Source: Candidatus Micrarchaeota archaeon
GTDB taxonomy: Archaea; Micrarchaeota; Micrarchaeia; Norongarragalinales; UBA8480
DNA: 64,000 bases
Reading direction: 5' to 3'
NCBI GenBank assembly: GCA_043805855.1
Contig: JAZDHP010000005.1
Coordinates: forward strand, 11,480 to 75,479
A program made the position numbers and the translations under genes. The first letter of the stretch is position 1; each line of letters opens with the position of its first letter. Below, piece by piece: positions 57,431 to 64,000 of this stretch. The notes beneath the pieces were generated by a model, which ran no database searches, was not told the origin of the DNA, and saw only the letters and a list, made by a program, of their open reading frames with translations.

Positions 57431-59233
57431 CTACTTTCGTGCAGCTGGTACCTTAACTGTTTTTTTAGCACTGGCAACCACGTTATTCTTAACTAACACA
57501 TACGACGCTTTGCCTAGCTTAGTTGCGTAGCTAATTATAAATTTATCCGCCGTAGGCGCAATTGTAACTTTGCTGCCACGTGGCGAGTAGAATGGCGCAG
57601 GGCCTAAGTAAACTCTGCCTTGCTCTGCTACATTTCGCCCTAGCACAGCTACATAGTTAATGTGATCAATGTTTGACTCGAAGGTAAGCCCCCTTTCGTC
57701 ATTATAATATTTCAATATAATATTCCAATATGCTTCGGGCGCTGCATTAGTTTCGCTTAGTTTTTCATGAATAGATATATTCCCATACATATCTCCATAC
57801 GAGTCAGGCCTTTCAAAATGTACAGAAACTGGCACTTTTTCTAGCGTGCCATAAGTATAATTGAACGTGCTAGCCCCAACATCATACTCTCCACTTTGCT
57901 GCCTCTTGTAAATAAATTTACCAACAACGCGTCCACATTGCGATGGTGAATTGCCTAAACTAGCTCGAGTGTTATCTTTCACAACGTACCACGCGTAGTT
58001 ACGCTTTTCACCATTAGTACCTATCTCAAAAGCGTTTGTTTTTCTAGATGAAAATTGAACCGCTACAAGTGAACATTTTGGTACAATTCCTTTAACTTTT
58101 ATGTTATTGAAGTTTTTAGCTGGCTCAATTGTAAGCATATCATAATCACGGTTCGCTAGAGAAAGTCCTTTGAACTGCCAGTAGTAAACTGGATTACCTT
58201 TGATTATTTCCAATTTATCATTTGGCTTCAAAGTTAAACTTTCAAGATCGTTTCCAAGTTGAATCGCGCTAATTGCTTCGGATGCGCGGTTGTTGCTGGT
58301 TACAAAATGTGTTTTCCATTTGCCAAAACGCATTTCATCAATGAACGCACTTTCGGTTAATTTTATACTGTCATTTGCCACTATTACCCGCGCAGTACTA
58401 GTTCCGCCTTGAACATAAAACGCGTCTGGAACTTGAACGTAAATGCCATTAACTTTTGTCGGCGCAGCGCCAGCACTTACAGTTACAGTTTCAGAAACCC
58501 AAGCTGGGTTTCTTACATTTAAACTAACTAAAGATGTAGAAGTTGAGTTTGGCGGAGCTGAAATTGAATCAACTCGAACTTCATACCTAGGACCATTTCC
58601 AATATACGCTATAGATATATCTCCAACTGAAAGAACCTGATCAATTAGTACTTTTGACAAAGTAATTGACGTTACTTTTTTAGGCGCTGGCGGCGAAACA
58701 GTCAAATAAGTAACTTGATACGGTTGCCCGAGAAAGTTTACTTTTACACCGGCGCGGTCTAGCCTTGAGTTCGTTGGACAATTTGCTAGTGGATAGCTAA
58801 CATCGAGACAAGCGGGTAACGCATCGTTGAACTCCATCGAATACCAAGCTCCAGCATTCTTGACTTCATACTTGTCAGTTACTGAATTAAAGTCAGCTTG
58901 ACCAAAGAGATTTACAACTTCAGTTTCGGTTATTGTACCCGCATATTTTCCCCTGGTGTCAATAGTTGTGTTTTCTAAAATATTAGTTATTGAGGGAGAA
59001 ATCCTTTTTGTCGCAGTAAGAACGCCATTGAAAGCCGGCCGACTTGCAGCACGAGCGTAGACGCTGTCAAGGTTATTATCAACCTGATCATCTCCAAAAA
59101 GAGAAGTGAATCCATACACTCCAGTTGGAACTGCGTTAACTAAAGGAACAACGCTTAAAATGGAAAGCGCAATTGCGATAAAAGCAAAATATTTAGAAAA
59201 ATAGTTTTTAGAAGTTAGATTAAAGTTAGCCAT
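57431..59233 (-). CDS. Secreted S-layer-like protein
   Basis: Signal peptide (...PLVNA/), beta-rich sequence with V.FLGQ.Y and L.VGD segments reminiscent of archaeal S-layer proteins. Confidence 0.55.
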   Translation of the reverse strand: MANFNLTSKNYFSKYFAFIAIALSILSVVPLVNAVPTGVYGFTSLFGDDQVDNNLDSVYARAASRPAFNGVLTATKRISPSITNILENTTIDTRGKYAGTITETEVVNLFGQADFNSVTDKYEVKNAGAWYSMEFNDALPACLDVSYPLANCPTNSRLDRAGVKVNFLGQPYQVTYLTVSPPAPKKVTSITLSKVLIDQVLSVGDISIAYIGNGPRYEVRVDSISAPPNSTSTSLVSLNVRNPAWVSETVTVSAGAAPTKVNGIYVQVPDAFYVQGGTSTARVIVANDSIKLTESAFIDEMRFGKWKTHFVTSNNRASEAISAIQLGNDLESLTLKPNDKLEIIKGNPVYYWQFKGLSLANRDYDMLTIEPAKNFNNIKVKGIVPKCSLVAVQFSSRKTNAFEIGTNGEKRNYAWYVVKDNTRASLGNSPSQCGRVVGKFIYKRQQSGEYDVGASTFNYTYGTLEKVPVSVHFERPDSYGDMYGNISIHEKLSETNAAPEAYWNIILKYYNDERGLTFESNIDHINYVAVLGRNVAEQGRVYLGPAPFYSPRGSKVTIAPTADKFIISYATKLGKASYVLVKNNVVASAKKTVKVPAARK

Positions 59234-59271
59234 GAATAGAATTACCCCCCCCGTTTTTAAAAGGTTTTGTA

Positions 59272-59664
59272 TTACCTGGGCAGTTTACTCTTGGCAAAGT
59301 GCAAGAACCGTTCTGCATCGAGTTTAGCTTGTTGGCCATCTTTTTCAGTCATATTTACCTCGCCGTATTCTGACTCTGATTTTAAACCAACTAAACGACT
59401 TAACCGCGTTGCTTGTTCAGCGCAATCACCGTCAATTTGTTGCAAGAGATAAGGTGCAACTCTGTGGTCGTCTGAAGCTGATCTTTTTTTCAGGAAATAA
59501 ACGCAAAGCGCATCTGAAGCGGCAATTGCAGAGTGAACGCAATTTATAACACAAGCATCGAAGTCGCGCATGTCAAAAGCATGCTGAGCAACTCGCAGGC
59601 ATTGTTCAGCTCGGCCTAAATAGTTCGTATATTTGTACTGCTCCACTTTTCGCTCTTTGTTCAC
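59272..59664 (-). CDS. HEPN domain protein (toxin partner)
   Basis: YL.RAE..L..A, HSAI.A.DAL, DH and K....YG helical HEPN pattern. GTGA overlap with the MNT gene. Confidence 0.8.
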   Translation of the reverse strand: MNKERKVEQYKYTNYLGRAEQCLRVAQHAFDMRDFDACVINCVHSAIAASDALCVYFLKKRSASDDHRVAPYLLQQIDGDCAEQATRLSRLVGLKSESEYGEVNMTEKDGQQAKLDAERFLHFAKSKLPR

Positions 59665-60281
59665 TTAAGCATCACATTTATCCCATTATCCAATGCATTT
59701 GAAAGCCATTCGGGTTGAACTCCGGAAAAATCTGCGGGGGTCAATTTTACAGATACCATGTTTCCAAATAGTTTTCTAGAAGTTTTATCAAGCGTCTCAA
59801 TTTCGTTTTGAAGCAATTTAGACGCGTTTGAATTTTTAACTAAAAGCATTAAATCTATATCACTAGACGGCATCTCAGTTTTCTTAGCAATAGAACCATA
59901 GATCACTGCAGATTCAACAAGGTTAAGGTGTTTTGAAAAAGCTTTTCGTATTAGTGATTCAAGCCTAAGCAACGGCGGTTGTCTAAAAAGCTCAGTTAAC
60001 GGATAGCGAGTCAAAAGTTCAAAAGCATAGCTTTCATTGTTGATAACCCACACTTTAGAACTGCCAACATTAATTGGCCGAACTAAGTTAACCTCGTAAA
60101 AGTCTTCAAAAGCTTTGCCAACTGCAGTATGTGAAATACCTATAAGCGCCGCAAATTCTCGTTCACTTGCAGGTAGCGGCATACCCGACGCGCCATCACT
60201 ATAAGGCGCTAAAAGGTGATTTAACAAGCGTAGCTTCACTCTAGAGCCAAGCAGCCTTTCAGCAAAATCCCTAAAAATCAT
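59661..60281 (-). CDS. HTH + minimal nucleotidyltransferase (MNT) antitoxin
   Basis: IYGSIAK...SDIDL motif and N-terminal wHTH. Start placed at ATG 60281, 30 nt after a TATA box. Confidence 0.85.
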   Translation of the reverse strand: MIFRDFAERLLGSRVKLRLLNHLLAPYSDGASGMPLPASEREFAALIGISHTAVGKAFEDFYEVNLVRPINVGSSKVWVINNESYAFELLTRYPLTELFRQPPLLRLESLIRKAFSKHLNLVESAVIYGSIAKKTEMPSSDIDLMLLVKNSNASKLLQNEIETLDKTSRKLFGNMVSVKLTPADFSGVQPEWLSNALDNGINVMLK

Positions 60282-60289
60282 ATTATTAG

Positions 60290-60326
60290 TTGCCAACTGG
60301 AAATATTTAAAGTTTCCGATTGGAAA
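60290..60326. promoter_or_regulatory. Two palindromic operators flanking the TATA box of the MNT-HEPN operon
   Basis: TTGCCAACTGGAAA - TATTTAAAG - TTTCCGATTGGAAA. Confidence 0.6.
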
Positions 60327-60357
60327 AGAATCTAGATAGTGAATTCAAATAGTAATA

Positions 60358-61542
60358 CTAAGCCAGCGCAGTGATTTTTTGCAGCGTTTCTAGAAATAGC
60401 TTTACTTCTTCTTCTGTGTTGTAAGCGTGGAGCGATGCACGTACAGTGCCTTCTAACCCAAGCACCTCGCGATGTAATGGCATAGCGCAGTGGTGGCCAG
60501 AGCGTACGCAGATTTTGTTCATTTCGTCGAACATCACTGCAACCTCGTGATTTGGAAGTTTACCAATTGTAAAAGCGAATACGCCGACTTTTTCACTCGC
60601 GTTTGTCGGACCGTAGTAATTTACTTTAGGCATATTCGCGATTGCTGGAAGCATTTTTTCAACGAGTTTCTTCTCCTGCGATTGCATAAACGCGAAATTT
60701 TTGTCAATGAACTCCAGCGCAGTTGCGAGGCCAATCCAACCTGAAATATTCGGCGTTCCCGCTTCAAAGCGCTGGCGGTCGCTGACAAGAGTGTAATCGT
60801 GCAGTTCTACGTCCATTACTGTGCCGCCACCGTACATTGCGGGTTTTAGTGCAACGCCTTCGCGATGGTAAAGAGCTCCGACGCCAGTTGGGCCATAACA
60901 CTTGTGACTTGAAAACGCCATGAAGTCACAGTTCCACTTACGTAAATCTATTTTCTCGTGGCCAACAGCTTGCGCTGCGTCAACAAGAGTAAGTGCACCA
61001 GCATCGTGGCTGATTTTAACAATTTCTTGTACGGGCAGTTTATTGCCAAGAACGTTGGAAACTGCGGTAAAAGTAACTAACGCGGTTTTGCTGCTAATTG
61101 CGTCTGAAAAATCATTTAAATCTACAGCGCCTTTTGAGTTGACGTTTACGAATTTTAGTTTAACTTTGCCGCGCTTTTCAAGCTCAATCCACGGCAACAA
61201 GTTGGAATGGTGTTCAATATTCGTAAGTACAACTTCATTTTTCTTTGAAAAGTCTAAACCCAACGCAACTGAATTAATTGCTTCGGTTGTGTTGGTAACG
61301 TTTATGAACTCGCTTGGCTTGGCGTTGAAAAACTTTGCCATGACTTCGTAACCGCGTTCGTATTCCTTTGAAGCTCGTTGAGTTAAACGATGCGCCCCGC
61401 GGTGAATGTTCGCCCTATATTCATTGTAGTACTCGTTCATTTTTTCCAATACTGGAAAAGGAGTTAGGGAAGTAGCAGCGTTGTCAAAGTAGACTACTTT
61501 GTCGACTATTGGAAAGTTTTTGCGAAATTCAACTACGTTCAT
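60358..61542 (-). CDS. sufS: Cysteine desulfurase, SufS/Csd family
   Basis: YFDNAATS, ANIHRG, EHHSN, DAAQ, SSHK (PLP Lys), RSGHHCA. Confidence 0.93.
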   Translation of the reverse strand: MNVVEFRKNFPIVDKVVYFDNAATSLTPFPVLEKMNEYYNEYRANIHRGAHRLTQRASKEYERGYEVMAKFFNAKPSEFINVTNTTEAINSVALGLDFSKKNEVVLTNIEHHSNLLPWIELEKRGKVKLKFVNVNSKGAVDLNDFSDAISSKTALVTFTAVSNVLGNKLPVQEIVKISHDAGALTLVDAAQAVGHEKIDLRKWNCDFMAFSSHKCYGPTGVGALYHREGVALKPAMYGGGTVMDVELHDYTLVSDRQRFEAGTPNISGWIGLATALEFIDKNFAFMQSQEKKLVEKMLPAIANMPKVNYYGPTNASEKVGVFAFTIGKLPNHEVAVMFDEMNKICVRSGHHCAMPLHREVLGLEGTVRASLHAYNTEEEVKLFLETLQKITALA

Positions 61543-61731
61543 TTTAACCAACTGATTTAGTTTAGTATAGCGATAGTACAAATAGCGAAACGCGTAAATA
61601 AAAAATGCAGGGAGAAGGAAAAACAGCGCAAAATCGCGTTTTTTTAAACATTTTTCAAATTTAGCCGCTGGGGAATAAAGCTATAAACTATGCGCTTCCA
61701 AACTAATACACCAATAATGGTGATATATATA

Positions 61732-61923
61732 ATGAAAGGAAAAGTAAAGATGTTTAACGACGCACGTGGCTTTGGCTTTATAACCGGCGACGATGGCAAA
61801 GACGTATACGTACACACTTCTTCAGTTGAAGGTGGCGCAGCACTCGCAATTGGCGATGCAGTCGAATACGAAGTCGAATCAGGCGAACGCGGTCTCCGCG
61901 CAAAGAACGTAAAAAAAGTCTAA
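61732..61923 (+). CDS. cspA: Cold-shock protein
   Basis: MKGKVK.FN..RGFGFI...DVYVH (RNP1/RNP2). Confidence 0.92.
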   Translation: MKGKVKMFNDARGFGFITGDDGKDVYVHTSSVEGGAALAIGDAVEYEVESGERGLRAKNVKKV

Positions 61924-62187
61924 AATAGTTTTACAAAACTATAGAAAGCTTAAATTACAACCTCTATTTTTAAAACCTCAGCGAGGCTAAAAACCCCCGC
62001 TAAGCATTTTTTCCAAAAACCAGCGCCAGCTTTGCGAAACAAATTCAAGGTACGTAAAGCATACCCTTAAAAATCTGGCCGAAACAATAGTCTTATGACT
62101 TTCAGCAATATCTGTAACTGTTGCTAATTCTACGCGCTGCTAGTCTAAAAAATATTATAAAAACGATTTCAGAGGTGAAATTATAAA

Positions 62188-63094
62188 ATGGGGTATTTAC
62201 TTTGCAAGTAATGTTTTAGAGTTAATTGGTAAAACGCCAATGGTTAGAATAACTAAAATAATTGAGAAGAAAGGCGTTGAGATATACGCTAAGCTCGAAG
62301 GTTTCAATCCAACAGGAAGCATAAAGGACCGCATAGCAATTGCGATGATTGAAAAAGCCGAGAAAGACGGTTTATTAAAAAATGGGAAAACTATAATTGA
62401 AGCTACTTCTGGAAACACTGGAATAAGTTTAGCAATGGCCGCGGCAGTTAAGGGATATCCAATTGAAATAGCAATTAGCGCCGGCGTTTCTCCAGAACGG
62501 ATAAAAATATTAAAAGCTTTTGGCGCAGAAGTAATTTTAACCAATAAAAATCTAGGCACTGACGGAGCTATAACCAAAGTGAAGGAACTTATTGCGACAA
62601 ATCCTGAAAAATACTACTCACCAGATCAATTTTCTAATTTAGCAAATCCAAATGCACATTTTGAAAAAACTGCGAGGGAAATTTGGAAGCAAACGAACGG
62701 CGAAATAGACTATTTTGTCGCAGGAATTGGAAGTTCTGGCACACTCATGGGAATAGGGCGTTATTTGAAAGAAATGAATCCAAACGTGAAAATAATTGCC
62801 GCACATCCAACGCGCGGGCATAAAGTTCAGGGACTGAAAAACTTGGACGAATCGTTAATTCCCGCAATTTACAATCGCAACGTAATGGATGAAATTATCG
62901 AGGTAAAAGATGAACCTGCTTTTGAATTTACAAGAAAACTAATAAGAAAAGAAGGGTTATTTGTCGGGATTAGCAGTGGAGCTGCACTTTACGTGGCTTC
63001 AAAAATCGCGGAACGAATAACAACCGGCAAAATAGTCGTGATTTTTCCAGATAGAGGTGAAAAATACCTGAGCACGGAGTTGTTTAACTTCTGA
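62188..63094 (+). CDS. cysK: Cysteine synthase (CysK/CysM family), start region apparently frameshifted
   Basis: AKLEGFNPTGSIKDR, EATSGNTG, GIGSSGT, GISSG, PDRGEKYLST. The conserved ELIGKTP lies upstream of ATG 62240, while ATG 62188 is one nt out of frame. Confidence 0.88.
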
Positions 63095-63167
63095 CTAAAT
63101 ACAAAAAAAGATGCAGGAGGCCGGATTTCTAGATAGTCTATTAAATTCAAGTTATTTAATACGTAAA

Positions 63168-63866
63168 ATGGCTAATGTTGCAAAAGTAAAGGAATTTACT
63201 TTAGATGCGGATACAACTTATTTAGTTGGCGCCATAATTGGCGATGGAAGTATTGGCAATACGAAAAGAACATTACCTCCACTTGACGAAATTGATCCAA
63301 GAATAATTATTGAAATGGGAAATTACGATTTTCTTGAAGGCGTTATTGCACCTCTAGTAGATAAACTACTTCAAAGAAAAAGAACGTTTAAAGTACGCGA
63401 AAGAAAAGGCAGACAAGGCAAATTAAATTCAACTTGGGTCGTAGAATTTAGAAGCAAATATTTCCACAAATTTTTAACTGAAAATTTACAAATCCCTGCT
63501 GGAAAAAAGGCAAACAGCGTTTCAATATCGCAAATAATTGAATTAACCAAAGAAAACAACAACGCAAGGCTACATTTACTTGCTGGAATTTTTGATACAG
63601 ACGGCGGCTTAAGAGGAAAAAGTATAGGCCATTCTACTGCGAGTAAAAAGTTAAGAGATGAAGTTGTTTCTCTATTGAAAGATCTTGGCTTTTCTATAAT
63701 TGTAAGCGAATGGCTAAATAAAAAATACAATAAAAAGTATTACGAATGGAAAATAGGCCGCCATTCTCTAATTCAATCTTTTATAGAAAAAATTCCACTA
63801 AGAAACAAAGAGAAACTAAACGCAATTAAAAACAGATTTAATCTTAATGCAGGGGGAGAGATTTGA
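63168..63866 (+). CDS. Free-standing LAGLIDADG endonuclease overlapping tRNA-Leu 3' end
   Basis: YLVGAIIGDGS and LLAGIFDTDG. The stop codon falls inside the antisense tRNA T-loop. Confidence 0.88.
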   Translation: MANVAKVKEFTLDADTTYLVGAIIGDGSIGNTKRTLPPLDEIDPRIIIEMGNYDFLEGVIAPLVDKLLQRKRTFKVRERKGRQGKLNSTWVVEFRSKYFHKFLTENLQIPAGKKANSVSISQIIELTKENNNARLHLLAGIFDTDGGLRGKSIGHSTASKKLRDEVVSLLKDLGFSIIVSEWLNKKYNKKYYEWKIGRHSLIQSFIEKIPLRNKEKLNAIKNRFNLNAGGEI

Positions 63867-63968
63867 ACTCTCGAACTCCTAAGAGATAAGGTCCTAAGCC
63901 TTACGCATTAAATCCCTTTTTTCTTTTTTCAAAAGAAGAAAGGATTGACCAAGCTTTGCTACCCCTGC
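63848..63968 (-). tRNA. tRNA-Leu(UAG) with ~36-nt D-loop intron (~63909..63944)
   Basis: Acceptor GCAGGGG/CCCCTGC-A, anticodon arm TAAGG-CTTAGGA-CCTTA, long variable arm, T arm GAGAG-TTCAAAT-CTCTC. About 85 nt after removing the hairpin insert. Confidence 0.9.
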
Positions 63969-64000
63969 AATTATAGAATAAAAATAGGCGCGGTTAAGAT

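Noticed and set aside
63168..63866. Reading the LAGLIDADG gene as an intron of tRNA-Leu(UAG)
   Set aside because: That tRNA is complete without it, and the distal fragment's T-stem strand (CCGGC) cannot pair with its GAGAG.

Overview
Archaeal chromosome segment, most likely from a DPANN lineage (Micrarchaeota-like; inferred from the archaeal LeuRS and 16S, TATA-box promoters with mostly leaderless starts, and many orphan genes). In order it holds: a minus-strand run with a partial HprK-like kinase, a GT-A glycosyltransferase, an orphan and a 2.4-kaa surface protein; an archaeosortase; leuS; a MazF/PemK toxin-antitoxin pair; a type IV pilus-like locus (ATPase, TadC/ArlJ-like platform, six class III signal-peptide proteins) interleaved with basic orphan paralogues; scpA, NUDIX, cupin and Fic genes; a minus-strand 16S-tRNA(Ala)-23S operon; then a PEP-mobile-domain protein, a DsbA-like protein, an S-layer-like protein, a HEPN/MNT pair, sufS, cspA, cysteine synthase, a free-standing LAGLIDADG gene and an intron-containing tRNA-Leu. 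The rRNA operon carries 11 introns by my reading: 2 in 16S, 2 in tRNA-Ala and 7 in 23S (10 BHB-type, 1 group I). Five of them encode LAGLIDADG endonucleases, one antisense to the rRNA. Most notable observations: (1) all five intron endonuclease genes, whatever their intron class or strand, share a 16-nt motif ACYGGCA-N3-ASSTGT 9-11 nt before a TATA box, suggesting a dedicated promoter or regulon inside the rRNA genes; (2) related hairpin modules are shared between tRNA and rRNA introns; (3) two expanded orphan families, one resembling zinc carboxypeptidases with a constant 5' end and variable core. E. coli-equivalent positions and splice junctions were worked out by eye and may be off by 1-2 nt.
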